This document shows, piece after piece, positions 13,496 to 28,639 of a stretch of DNA of 64,000 nt; the first letter of the stretch is position 1, and every line of letters starts with the position of its first letter. The stretch lies in contig OX597820.1 of assembly GCA_951406725.2 (NCBI GenBank), positions 106,206,001 to 106,270,000 of the forward strand. The letters are read 5' to 3'. The DNA is from Octopus vulgaris. Taxonomy: Eukaryota. Made by a program: the position numbers and the translations under genes. The notes beneath the pieces are model-generated. The model worked only from the letters and a program-made list of their open reading frames with translations. It was not told the DNA's origin and ran no database searches.

Positions 13496-13907
13496 CATAT
13501 ATACATGTAAATATATGTAAACAGAGAGAATCAGAAAAATGACATAAATATTCATTCTTAATATATTCTGATAGATTTGAACATAAATTATGCTAATCAG
13601 TGTAGCATTTCATCATTAGAGGACCACTTCTCCATTCAGACTAATGTGCATTCATAAACTAGAATCAAAAGCTTTTGTTAAATTCATTACTCCTGGGTGG
13701 CTTTGGCTGAGTAGACTCAACAAGTCAAAACACTGGGTGGCTCGAAACGCCCATGCTCTATTGAATCAAGTGTGTTATGAACTCACATTTGCCTGAAAGG
13801 AGAAGTTATTCTCCAATGACAAAATACAACAGCAATTAGAGTATTCATGTTTAAATCTGCCAGGACCTATTAAGAATGAATTTGTTTGTCTTTTCATGTA
13901 AATGAGT

Positions 13908-13950
<43 letters not shown>

Positions 13951-14029
13951 CATATACATACACATATATTTACATGTGTGTGTATGTGTATCTCTCTCTC
14001 TCTATATATATATATATAGAGAGAGAGAG

Positions 14030-14685
14030 AGGCCAGTCGAGGCGGCGCTGGCAATGGCCACATTCGGATGGTTTTTTTACATGCCACCGGCACTGGTATC
14101 ACAACTACAATTTCCATTGATTTTTGATCGATTTCGATTTTACTTGTCTCAACAGATCTTCACAAGAAGGAAAGGTATGCATCCCAGGTAGAGGCCACGG
14201 GTTATGGTCTCACTTGTCCTGATGGGTTTTCTCATGTACAGCATATTTCCAAAGGTCTCAGTCACTAGTCATTGCCTCAGTGAGACCCAATGTTCGAAGG
14301 TCATGCTTCACCACCTCGTCCCAGGTTTTCCTGGGTCTACCTCTTCCACAGGTTCCCTCAACCGCTAGGGTGTGGCACTTTTTCACACAACTATCTTCGT
14401 CCATTCTCGCCACATGACCATGCCAGCGCAATCGTCTCTCTTGCACACACTACAACTGATGCTTCTTAGGTCCAACGTTTTTCTCAAGGTACTTACACTC
14501 TGTCGAGTATGAACACTGATATTACATATCCATCGGAGCATGCTGGCTTCATTTCTTGTGAGCTTACGCATATCCTCAGCAGTCATGGCCCATGTAGCAT
14601 GGCTGTTCGTACACAATGCGTCATACAGTCTGCCTTTTACTCTGAGCGAGAGGCCTTTTGTCACCAGCAGAGGTAAGAACTCTCG
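14030..14685 (-). mobile_element. RTE LINE 3' fragment
   Basis: Translations LRVKGRLYDA...EASMLRW and RRLRWHGHVARMDEDSCVKK...GRGRPRKTW. Nearly collinear with 36250-36930. Confidence 0.9.
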
Positions 14686-14689
14686 AATG

Positions 14690-16360
14690 TGGGTCCTCTG
14701 GTATCCTAGGTAAAAATTTGTCCAGACCATCTTTGAAAACTTCCACATCTACACCTTGCAAATTTCTGAAGTTGTTTGGCAGAATGTTGAACAGTTGTGA
14801 ACCATTGAAATACTAGCTATCACAGTACTGGTTCCTTATTCTAGTTGGAGGAGACAGGACCTTTGGTACCATGCAGTGCTGTCCAGTTCAGTGTGTTGGT
14901 ATAGCTTTCAATTTCAAAGTTGGGAGTTAGACCTTCTAGGATCTTCCGTATGCATATCACTGCATATTTTTTATGCCTTCTCTCTGGGGAGTAGGACTCC
15001 AGTTCTTTTAGCGTCTCCCTGCAGCCCATCTGTTTCACTGAGTCAATCTTCTTTGTGTTGTGGCTTTCAATTGACTCAAGTTCCACCACCAGTTTGATGC
15101 TCTGTGGTGACCACAGCTAGGAACAGTAATCCAGATGACTGAGAATCTAAGTTCTCCATAGGAGTAGCATGGTATCCATTTAGTGCTGGTTCTGAATGAT
15201 TTCAGTATCCATCCACTTACTCACAATCTTACCATCTTGGTACTATGCACATGGAATGTTGCATCATTCCTCGTGGATTCTCAGGTCACACACTGACTCT
15301 GGGATTGCACTACTCCCTGAACCTGTGTATTTCAAATGCAGTCTATTTGTGGATAGATAGTAGTGTTTGAAACTTCTCAGTACCAGACTGCATGTTATTT
15401 TCATCTGCTCATTTGCATACTGCATGCAGGTCATTTTACAGTTTTAGTACATCATCAAGGTTCTTGACTGCCTATATTTTTTTATCACCAGCATAGTTGG
15501 TGAGATTGGCTGACTGTATGACGAAGAGCACGTTTGAGTGAGCACCTCAAACAATAGTGGTCCCAGTACAGTACCTTGAGGGACTCCATTGTGAACTGAT
15601 GTCTCCCCAGAGAGAGCACCATTGGCTGCAACTGTCTTTTAGAAAGTTATGCAGCCACTCTCCCAGTTTTCCAGTGTTATTAAAATCATAGAGTTTGTGA
15701 CATATCCCATGATCAATTTTGTCAAAGGCCTTGCTCAAAATTGAGATAGATCACCTCCACATACGAGCGGTTGAGTACCTGTTTCAGTATTCACTCATAA
15801 TACTGTAATAGCTGTCTTACACAGCTATTTCCTGAATGGAAGCCATCTTGTGTGTTTGTGAGCAAGTTATTTTCTTCCAAGTGAAGGCACATGGTTTAGT
15901 GGTTAGGATGTTCAGCTCATGATCCAAGGTCTTGAGTTCAATTCCCAGTGACACGTTATGTCCTTGAGCAAGACACTTTATTTCACATCGTTCCATTTCA
16001 CTCAGCTGGCAATTATGAGTACCACCTGTATTTCAAAGGGCTGGCCTTATCACACTCTGTGTCATGCGGAATCTCCTTGAGAATTACATTAAGAATACAT
16101 GTGTCTGCAGAATGCTCAGCCACATGCACATTAATTTCACGAGTAGGCTGTTCCATTGATCAGACATACTGGAATCCTTGTCATCGTAACCAACAAAATA
16201 CTGCTGTTTTCTTCCAGGAACATGGTCAGCTTCTGACAAGGCGTTTCATGATCCATGTGAAGTCAGAGAGATAGGCTTATAATTTTTAACATCTGCTCTG
16301 CTTCTTCCTTTATGGACAGGGCATAGGATACCTTCTTTTAGCAGTTTGGGAAGTTTACTA
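14690..16360 (-). mobile_element. Decayed CR1-group LINE reverse-transcriptase region, interrupted by a SINE
   Basis: Frameshifted motifs NYKPISLTSH, KAFDKIDHG, GEWLHNFL, GVPQGTVLGP, ELESI, LKELESYSPERR. Confidence 0.75.
15881..16203 (+). mobile_element. tRNA-derived SINE (head H2 + tail T2) inserted in the CR1 remnant
   Basis: A box TGGTTTAGTGG, B box GAGTTCAATTCC. TTTTCTTCCA on both sides (putative TSD). Confidence 0.8.
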
Positions 16361-16804
16361 CATGCAAAGAAACTCTAAAAATACACACACACACATATAT
16401 AGTGAGAGGGAGAGAAAGGCATGTATGTGCAAATATAGCATGTGTGTGTATACACACACACACATGCACATACACACACACACAGACACACAGTCACACA
16501 CTGACACACAGATGCACACACACACTGTATTTACACATTACTACAAAATTATAAGTGTCCTCAATACATAGTTATAGTGGAAATGTGTAACATATGGTTG
16601 AAGTATGTAACATATTTATGTGTGATAAATAAAGGTTTTAAATCAACACATAGGTTTTTACCTAATTTACTTGTGAAACTGTGATCATAAGTTGGACATT
16701 GATGGCAATTTATTTTAAGTACAAAGTACACCGTGTCAGATACAGGCGTGTCTTAAATTCCTCCACTTATCATAAACATAGATCAGACAGACATGTTATC
16801 ACAA

Positions 16805-16849
<45 letters not shown>

Positions 16850-16852
<3 letters not shown>

Positions 16853-17068
16853 AGGATAAGATCGTTAATTTAAATATCGATCTTATCAAGTGGCCAGCAT
16901 GGGAATAAAAACCTTCAAAGGTAATAATCATTATTAAAATTATAATTTAGGGTATCTAAGAGATACCACCATGCTGAAAATAGCAGTCAAAACGTGGATC
17001 TTTTAAAGTCAGGTTTTGACTGCTATTTTCAGCGTGTTGGTATCTCTTAGATACCCTAAATTATAATT

Positions 17069-17069
<1 letters not shown>
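16850..17069. repeat. Fold-back module between (TA)n tracts
   Basis: About 57-bp inverted arms at 16937-16993 and 17013-17069 with a ~19-nt loop. Confidence 0.85.
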
Positions 17070-19080
<2,011 letters not shown>

Positions 19081-19133
19081 TATATATATATATTATCCAA
19101 AATGTACAGGTATTATATCTCCATCATGGCTGA

Positions 19134-19214
19134 TCTTACCAATCAGTTTCGCATAAGGAATACAATTGAGTATTAGATAACAATCCGATTATATAACCTT
19201 ATGCTCACCGGAGT
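19134..19214 (-). ncRNA. Decayed hammerhead-like motif
   Basis: Minus: ct CCGGTGA GCATAAGG-~45 nt-CCTTATGC GAAAC TGATTG GTA ag. Perfect 8-bp stem II but mutated core. Lies in a module between TA tracts. Confidence 0.4.
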
Positions 19215-19264
19215 TGGCCAATATGGCTGGGAATATGGTGACTGCTCTCTATTGTCAGAGGTGG

Positions 19265-19299
<35 letters not shown>

Positions 19300-19303
<4 letters not shown>

Positions 19304-19578
19304 TTTTATCTTACACTTGTTTTGATCATTGGCTTGTGACCTTGCTGGGGTACCAACCTGAAGGGTTTAATCAAACAAATCAACCCCACTACTCATTTTT
19401 ATGTCTGGTTCTTATTGTCAGTCTATTTTGCCAAATCACTAAGTTACTGGAGACATAAACAAACCAACACTGGTCATCAAGTGATAGACAAACTTGCACA
19501 CATACATATATATACATACATATTATATATGCCTACGCACACACACACACATATACATATACACATATACATATACAT

Positions 19579-19627
<49 letters not shown>

Positions 19628-19790
19628 AGAGACTTCCATACAGTTTCTATCTACCAAATTCATTCACAAGGCATTAGTCAGCCCAGGGCTAGAGTAAAAG
19701 ACACTTGCCCAAGGCACTGTGCTGTTGAACTGAATTCAAAACTATGTGGTTGTAAAGTCAATTTCTTAACCCTGCAGCCACGCCTGCACC
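19300..19790 (-). mobile_element. SINE family A, diverged
   Basis: Same head, internal microsatellite and tail layout as 3240-3628. Confidence 0.75.
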
Positions 19791-19859
19791 TATATATACA
19801 TAAATATAACTGTGCAGGTGTATATGTAGTGGATTCTCCTGTTGACCTCAATATATGAG

Positions 19860-20365
19860 GGTTCCACAGCCAATAGCCATCCAGCTGCCTTTAGAGATGA
19901 TTTGTTTTCAGGAAATTCTTTTTCTTGCAGATCTGGACGACCAAGGAAAACCCGAAGCAAAACAGAGTTAAAAAGTAGTTCAATCCAAGTCCCACTTTGA
20001 TCATAGAACACCTTCATGAATGAGGAAAAGTGTCAAACTTGATAGAGAGCTCCTCATTATCGAACTGCATCTCAATTTAATCAAAGAGTTGTCTTCTGTT
20101 TGTCATTGAAGAATAGATAGACTTGCTACCAAACCTTTCCTGAGTAGAATCATTACAAGTGATGAAAAGTGGGTTCTCTATTATCACATTCAATGAAAAC
20201 AATAATGTTTAGCACCCAATGAAAGACGTGAGTCCATTTCTACACCAAGACTACACTTGTAAAAAGTTAAGCTCTATGTTTGATGGGATATGAAGAGTGT
20301 TGTCTATCATGAAATGTTAAACTAAAACAAAACAATTAATGTGGAAAAGTATTATCATCAATTCA
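19860..20365 (+). mobile_element. Mariner transposase remnant
   Basis: PFLSRIITSDEKWVLY, WDMKSVVYHEML and TINVEKYYHQ motifs, with stops. Confidence 0.7.
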
Positions 20366-20416
20366 TATATCATCGTCATCATTTAACGTCCATATATATA
20401 CATACACATACATACA

Positions 20417-20448
<32 letters not shown>

Positions 20449-20454
20449 ATCGTG

Positions 20455-20488
<34 letters not shown>

Positions 20489-20490
<2 letters not shown>

Positions 20491-21712
20491 GGGTGCATAA
20501 GGTATTTGAGAACATGCCTTTTTTGGGGTCATTGCTGCATTTTTTGTTAACTCTATATAATCCTTGTTTCAGAAAATAATAATGGCAGACCCTCAGCTTA
20601 CTCAAAAAATGAAGAGGCATAGTGTTATTGTGGTTTAAAGGCTGAGCATAACAATTTAGAAATATCTCAATTTTTAAAAGTTGCCAGATCTTTTGTCTAC
20701 AAAGTTTGTAAGGTGCTACAGACTGAAGATGGAAATGTATCACCAATATCAAAACTTAAAAAGCATTCTAAATGCTCTGAAATCATCAGAACACTTGAAT
20801 TTATCCAGCAAGTTCAACAGACCACTGATTACAATCCCAGAAAGTCCATGAGGTCAATTGCAAAAGGTCTCCATGTGTCAGAAGGAACAGTCAGAAATGT
20901 TTTCCACGAAGACATCGGATATAAGTCTTATATGGATGAGGAAAGGTGAATTTGTCAGAAAAGTAAACGAAAATCACTACATCAGATCAAAAAGGTTCTT
21001 AAACAAACTGAAAAATCCAGCAGAAGATTTGATTTGATTTGATTTTTCTCAAACGAAAAAAACTTCGACCAAGTTAACAGAAGAAATGACAGATGGTTAT
21101 GTGCAGACCCTTCTGAAGTTCCAAGTGTCATGCATACAAAATTTCCTGCAACTGTCATTGTTTTAGGGGTTGTCAGCAATGAAGGACATGTGATGCCTCC
21201 TTACTTTTTTCTACATTGAGGTTCTGGAAACAATTGTTAAACCCTGGATAGACAGTGTATGCAATGGATGGCCATATGTGTTTCAGAAGATTCTGCACTA
21301 TCACACATGGCTCTAGTAACACAGGAATGGCTGGCTGAAAATTTTCATGATCACATAACCCCTAACATTTGGCTTCGTAATTCCCCCAGATCTCAAGTCA
21401 TTGGACTGTTACATGTGGAGTGTTGTTGAGAGAGAAGTCAATGAACATGCCCATAACACCAAAGATTCTTTGAAAGCTGCCACAATCAGAGTAATGTCCA
21501 AAATGAACCAGGACCACTTAATTTGAGTATGTAAATGATTTAGATCTCATATAGAGGCAGTTGTTGAAGCTGAAGGTGACTTTATTGAATAACATTATAG
21601 GAAAGGCTTATTTTTATCCTCGTAGCAGTTTTTGATAAAGTTATTATCTGTTAATATATATCTGTGTTCTTTTATAAACATAAATCTGTCCTCAAATATC
21701 TTATGCACCCTG
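20489..21712 (+). mobile_element. Tc1/mariner-superfamily transposon (maT/DD37D-like), full length but decayed
   Basis: 26-bp TIRs CAGGGTGCATAAGRTATTTGAGRACA. Motifs SMRSIAKGLHVSEGTVR, FFSNEKNFDQ, NRRNDRWL, TKFPATVIVLGVVSNEG, NSPDL. Confidence 0.85.
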
Positions 21713-22183
21713 TATATAAGATTTTTTTCTTCATGGTAACTACAATAAATTTGCCTTCAGCAGTTAAAATATGTCACAAACATATTTTAACTAAACTCAA
21801 GTTTGCTTATGCCTAAACGCTACTTCACACTAATATCACTGTGACTTTCATGATTTTGATGCTCTACTGGTGTAAATCAGTCAATGTTGTTGACTGTATT
21901 TTAGTTAAAGCCACAACAGATTAAATCTGTTCAGAGTTGCATCTCTACAGTTATTCTCATTGATAATGGCTAAGGAGCTAGAAACATTGATTTCTGGCAA
22001 TCCGACTGAGGATATGGTGTTTTTACATCTTTTTTTTTATTTATTACCATAAGAGAGAAATTTTTTTCTATTGTAACTCCAGTGAATTTGCCTTTAGCCA
22101 TTAAAATATATCACAAGCATATTTTAACTAACCTAAAGTTTGCTTAGACCTAAACACTGCTTGATGCTGATATTACAACAATA

Positions 22184-22554
22184 TCTCTCTATATATAAAT
22201 GGCAGTTTGTCTGTGCGTGTTTCTGTGTGTCTGTTTGCTTGTACCCTCACCCTGACCATGGCTTTCAACCGATTCTGATGAAACTTGACACACACATAGC
22301 CCAATGTCATAATTCAAAACTAATGCAGCGAAAATTTTGAAAAGTTCCCCCAGTTCTGAAAAAAATCGATAAAATCGACATGGGGTCGAGAATCAGAAAC
22401 AAACCACAGACTGTCTAGGGGACGCAACTCAACCTTTTTTAACTCAAAAAAAAATTTACCATCATTTTTTTGCTATTTTTTGGCTATAACTCTCTAAAAA
22501 TGCTTTATAGTTATTTCCCTTACAAACCTGAGCAACGCCGGGCGATACTGCTAG
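22184..22554 (+). mobile_element. Short non-autonomous Helitron-like element
   Basis: A|TCTCTCTATATATAAATGGCAG...CCTGAGCAACGCCGGGCGATACTGCTAG|T. The 5' ~210 bp are shared with the element at 34354-35503. Confidence 0.8.
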
Positions 22555-22667
22555 TATATATATAAACTAGCTGGACCTGTGAAAAATTAATGGAAAATAT
22601 AAAAATTGTAAACATCTGTAAATTGTGTGCTGGTGCCATGAGAAATGTTTCTATATTGTGGCAGTAA

Positions 22668-22885
22668 AAGGTGGCAAGCTGGCAGATTCATTAGCATGCC
22701 AGGCGAAATGCTTCGTGGTATTTCATCTGTCTTTACGTACATAGTTCAAATTCTGCCAAGGTTGACTTTGTCTTTCATCCTTTTGGGGTCAATAAATCAA
22801 ATACCAGTTGCATACTGGGGTTAATCTAATTGACTGGCCCCCTCTCCCCTAAAATTTCAGGACTTGTGCCTATAGTAGAAAAGTA
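22668..22885 (+). mobile_element. SINE family C
   Basis: GGTGGCAAGCTGGCAGATTC...AGTTCAAATTC...CTTTCATCCTTTTGGGGTC. Confidence 0.8.
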
Positions 22886-24841
22886 TATAGTGACAATTAC
22901 AGAATATAGAAAGAAGTGTAAAACCAATAACTATATAATCCAACCAAAATATCTCAGTTACGCAAACGTAAACAGAATTACTATTTAGCCTTAAAATACA
23001 ACGTTCCATACCACTAAACCAAGAGGGTTTAGTGGTATGGAACGTTTAGTAGTTTAGTGGTATGGAACTTTTTTCCCTTGGTTAGTGGTATGGAACGTTT
23101 TTCTCGTATTCTTATATTCTTTTACTTGTTTCAGTCATTTGACAGTTCTCTATCTCTCTTATTTTGAATATACACCTCTCTTTGGCCCTGGGTCATTTGT
23201 TCTAGCCTTTGCTGATTTTTTTCCCTCCTGTGCCATAGGATACACTCCCTCTCCCTTTCGCTTATTTCGTTTCTTCTCTGTCTCATCCTTCCTCGATTTC
23301 AGCTCCTTATTTCCTCCTGCTCTTCCTCCCGCAGCCGTTCTCTCCTTCTACTCTGATGCTCTCCAGCTGCATCCCTCATGCGATTATCCATATTTTAAAA
23401 CTTCTTATTAAAACAATAAATCTCCAAAATGACTCAGAGTGTTTCAATTAAAAAACATATATTAGACAGTTTTTGTTTAAAAGGTGAAAATATTTCTGAA
23501 ATACTCACCTAATATGCAAGGACACAGTATATAGGATACGGTAATTAATTATATTGAAGAAAAGTAAAAAGTATAAGAAAAAATAGAACTAATATTTTTG
23601 ATTTTGTTCGGCTCTATGAATTTAATTTTTATTAAATGCTTTTGTCAATTGCTTGATACAAGAAAAAAGAAATTGGAAAAATCCTGAACAAAACAGAGAA
23701 ATTGTAACTTAACAAAAATATAGAAAGAGAAAGTTGCATTTATTTTCACCATGTGACACTTATCACACTCACACACATACATTCATATGTGTATGTATGT
23801 ATTTCTTTTAGTTTTTGTTTATTTATACACATCAACAAATGAGCCAATTGAATAACTTTGTGTGGTTATTCAATTTGCTATAAATAACAGCCAAATCTCT
23901 CTTATACTATGCTCTTGTTAGTATTAAGGAAAGGGAAAAAATGGAATTAATATTTTTTGATTTTGTTTGGCTCTATGAATTTAATATTTTTGTTAATGCT
24001 TTCATCCATTATTTGATAAAGAAAAAAATTGGGAAAATCCTGACCAAAACAGAGGAATTGTAACTTAACAAAAAATATAGAAAGAGAAAGAAAAGGTTGT
24101 ATTCAGAAACCAAAAGATGTTTTTTAGCCGAGGTGTAATTTTATAATTAAAACAAATTCATAATTTAAATTTCAGAACATAAGACTTACCATGTTATCTG
24201 GTGCATGGCCGAATTCAAATGGGTAGAAGACCTAAAACAAATGTGTGTTTAATAGCCAGTAGTCAATTTCAGTTCAATCATGGAAAGAAATTCAAATACC
24301 TATCATGCCATCGTATCCCTCTCTCTCTCTCTCTTTCTTGCTCACTTCCTCTCTCCCTTGCTCAACGCATGCATCAAATTTAAGTATCTTAATTTTCTCA
24401 TTAAGATTGTTGCTGATTAGATGGCCCAGTAGTCCTAGGTGTTAAGAAGTAGTAATACAACACATAGGTGGTGGTGGTTTCAAATCTCCTCCAGAAATTA
24501 CAAGAGATCTAGTTAAAAAATTTTATTTAAGCAACAAAATTTCTTCCAACAATTTCTTTCTCTTAAGCATGGCACATGCTTCAGGTACATAGGAAAAACA
24601 AATTGCTGTATTAATATTATTGATATATGAATAATAGCCTCACCTTTAGTCTGGTGCTTCAATTTTAAACAATCAAGTGCTGCACCTTCCCTAAATATGA
24701 GTTCATTCTATGAAAGACAACACATTTTCGACAAATAATTGATATTTATTCTTAGAAAACTAAACGAAAATAATGATGATGATGATGATGATGATGATGA
24801 CGACGACGACAACGATGATGATGATGAGAAGAAGAATAATA

Positions 24842-25390
24842 AATGCTGTGATGCAGTACCAGGCACTGGCTCTCATGACTCCTGATCTTTACTGATTAGA
24901 AGTGTTATCATGTACATTGTTTTGTCTTGGTATAAAAGTTGGGCTACAGCAAATATTCTGCTCAATACCACAGATTTGCTTGTCAGTTGTTTGACCTTAA
25001 CCTGTTGAGTATATTCCTTTGGTGGTTGACAATATGTGCATCTCTGATCATGAGCAGAAGTAGTGGGGGAACATCATAGCCATATGTTGAGAGGGATTCT
25101 TTGAGGTTTGAATAATTCACCCCTGGAAACATGGGTGCTTCTTTCAACATCCTTAAACAACCCTCATTCAAGGACCTTTTGAGCAGGATGGGTTACTCAA
25201 CTTGAAGAAAATTCTTACTGGGCCCCACCTGCAAGGTCATGTGCTGTTTATCTTGATATGAAATTACCATGTCGTGCATATATAGTTGTACCCTTATCAG
25301 ATGGGTAGTTATGATGGGTATACTGGGCGTCGTATATTTGTACCCCAGTGTCACTTTGATGACATGCACTGCTCTCTCACTCACTCAATA
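24842..25390. repeat. Interspersed repeat flanked by (GAT)n and (CTA)n/(AAT)n tracts, family unassigned
   Basis: Non-coding segment bracketed by trinucleotide tracts; resembles a retroelement 3' portion. There is only one copy in this window. Confidence 0.35.
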
Positions 25391-25512
<122 letters not shown>

Positions 25513-25700
25513 CCTTTCTACTATAAGCACAAGGCCTGAAATTTTTGAGGAGGCAGCTAGTCAATTTCCTTGACTCCAAGTGCTCAACTTGAATTTATTT
25601 TATCAAGCCCAAAAGGATGAAAGGCAAAGTTGACCTCAACAGAATTTGAACTTGGAATGTAAAGTGGGGTGAAAATACCCCTATGCATTTTGTCTGCTGA
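25513..25700 (-). mobile_element. SINE family C fragment
   Basis: AAAAGGATGAAAGGCAAAGTTGACCTC...GAATTTGAAC. Confidence 0.7.
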
Positions 25701-26562
25701 ATCAGATTTTCACCTTGATGATGATGATGAGGAGGAGGAGGAGGAGGAGGAGGAGGAGGAGGAAGAGGAGGAGGAGGAGGATTAAACAACTACATAAAGC
25801 TATCCTGGCAAGTGACATTATAAAATATGCACAGTTGTAATGAATTCACGAGGTGTCACTTAATATCTCACCAACATGTCCATTTCTTACCTATTTAAAT
25901 AAGAAAAAGAAAATGGAAGAAACTATAAACTGATAAAACAATACAAAACAAGTTGAATTATAGATAATAAGAACTAGGTAAAACTATCATAACACGAAAA
26001 AACAAGAGTTAAATGTACGTGTAATTACTAGAAAACCAGTACAAAGTAGCTTGCTATGTTGGTTCTGTAGAAGTTTTTTATCAAACTGTCAACCTTGTTT
26101 GTATTAATGTTACCTTTATATAAATAAGTCGTACCTGGCACAAAACCTACTATTACTCAGTTCTTTTGTTGGAATGTAGAGATAGATGAACTGGGATGAG
26201 TAAATTAGCTAATAAAACTGGTTGGTTTTATCCCAATTTGAAGTTGCTAAAAACACACTTGTGGGGATTAATCACACAGCAAAACTAAATACAAATGAAT
26301 ATGACTTGATATATTTAAATATGAGCAGAGTTTAAGTATATATACAAACTCCACAGAGGATCTCTCTCCAAGAAAAATAAATATCTGTTTTTAATTCCTG
26401 GAAGTTGATTTGATTCTGGAAGAAGCCAGAATTCTCTTGTGGGGTTTACTGTCTAATTTAAGCTAGACAAAAAACTGACTTTTGTAATGTGTGTGTTTAT
26501 ACATATGCACATAAACATACATACACACATATTTATATCTATGTATGTGTGCATGTATGTAT

Positions 26563-26600
<38 letters not shown>

Positions 26601-26739
26601 ATAATTCAGTTATGTCTTAGTTTAGATGGTTTAGATGGCTGCTAACTTTAGCTTCTCTAGGAATGGTATCAGAAAATAAACAAATATGATAAGTTTTAGA
26701 CTGTATATGTATGCATATATATATTATTATGTGTGTGTG

Positions 26740-26784
<45 letters not shown>

Positions 26785-27152
26785 ATATATATATATATAT
26801 ATGTATGTTTATATATTCATGTCATTATGAATGCATGTGTTTATATATGTTCTCACATGCTCACATGCATTTATATATGTGTGCATGTATGTGTGTATAA
26901 TGTTATGATATAACATTAAACATTACAATTCTACTGTGACTAATTGCAAAGAAAAGTCAAGCAACTGACAAATTATCAGTTATAAAGAAATAAAATATTT
27001 ATCATAGACAAGAGTTTGTATGTGTGTGTGCATGCATGTGTGTGTGTGTGCACACGTGTGTGTATGCATATTTAGTTTTCTGAGGGCTGGTTTGGTTAAC
27101 CCTATTGGGTTATCTATATATCTATCTATCTATATCTCTCCCTCTCTCTCTA

Positions 27153-27188
<36 letters not shown>

Positions 27189-27544
27189 TGTATGTATGTA
27201 TGTATGTATGTATGTATGTATGTATGTATGCATGTATGTTTGCCTGCATGTTTATCTGTATGCATGTATGTATGATGTGCATAACAGTAATAACCAAGAT
27301 ATCCCCAAGATGGGAATTAAATCTATCTAATGATTTTAAAATACAGGGGTATTTTTCAGACTTGCTGCACTATATATATTTATATACTGATATATGGATG
27401 TTTATGAAAGTGACAGAAAACAGGCTGAATGAAACATAGATACCAAGTTTTGAGTGAACAATATTTCTTTGGGGCAACTTTTAACAGTGTAATACATGGA
27501 AATCTACTATTATAAGGTGAAAATAAGGTGATGTACTTGTAGTG

Positions 27545-27745
27545 CTGTTAGTAAGCAGGACAAAATGTTTAGGGGTATTTCTTCTGGCTTTACATTGTGA
27601 GTTCAAATTCCACCAATGTCAAATTTGCCTTTCATCCTTTCAGGGTTGATAAAATGAATACCAGTTGAATAGTTGAATGCAGGGGTCCATGTAACCGACT
27701 TACCCCTCCAAGTAAAACTACAAGCTTTGTGCCAAAATTAGAAAG
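27545..27745 (+). mobile_element. SINE family C, diverged
   Basis: GAGTTCAAATTCC...GCCTTTCATCCTTTCAGGG. Confidence 0.7.
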
Positions 27746-27957
27746 ATTTTGTTAAGAGATAATATTAAACAACACAAACTTAACTTTGCAGGACACAGTT
27801 GATGAAGAAAAGATAAACTTGTGCATCAACTATCACTGTGGGAAACAGTACATCGGGATTCAAGTATGCTCAGCAAGTAGAACATTATAAATACATATAT
27901 ACATATATACACACACATATGCATGCAAACACATGTATACACACACACAAACACACA

Positions 27958-28628
27958 CCATCAGCAGCATTTAACGTCCATTGTCCATGCAGGCATGGGT
28001 TGGATACTTTGTCCAGGGCTGCTAAGCTGGATGGCTGCACCAGACTCCAGTCTGATTTTGCATGATTTCTATGGCTGGATGCCCTTCCTAATGCCAACCA
28101 CTCCAAAAGTGTAATGAGTGATTTTACATTCCACCAGCATGGATGCCATTTGCGTGACACCAGTATCTGCCACGACTGCAATTTTACTTGGCTTGATGGG
28201 TCTTCTTCTCAAGCACGACATAATACCAAAGGTCTTGGTCATTGTTATTGCCTCCATGAAGCCTAACATTTACATTCCACCTGCATTGGCCACTTTGCCA
28301 CTGTGGGACCCAACACTTAAAAGGTGTTTTTTACATGCCACCAGCATGGTTGCCAGATACATAATACCAGCATATGTCATGACCATGATTTCACTAGGTT
28401 TGACAGGTCTTCTCAAGCACATCCTATCAATAAAGATCTCGGTCACTAGCCATTGCCTCTGTAAGGCCCAAAGTTTGAAAATCATGCTTCACCACCTCAT
28501 CCCATGACTTCTTTACACAGCTATCCTCATCCATATGCATCACATGACCATACCAGTGCAGTCAACTCTCTTGCACACCACATCTGATGCCTCTTATGCC
28601 CAGTTTTTCTCTCAAGATGCTTACTGAC
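27958..28628 (-). mobile_element. Decayed RTE-type 3' fragment
   Basis: CATTTAACGTCC...GGCTGGATGCCCTTCCTAATGCCAACCACTCC, plus homology to the RTE C-terminus at 28480-28620. Confidence 0.7.
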
Positions 28629-28639
28629 TAAGCTGGACT

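Noticed and set aside
25590-25790. Poly-proline/histidine ORF
   Set aside because: It is a (GGA)n/(GAT)n microsatellite joined to a SINE fragment.
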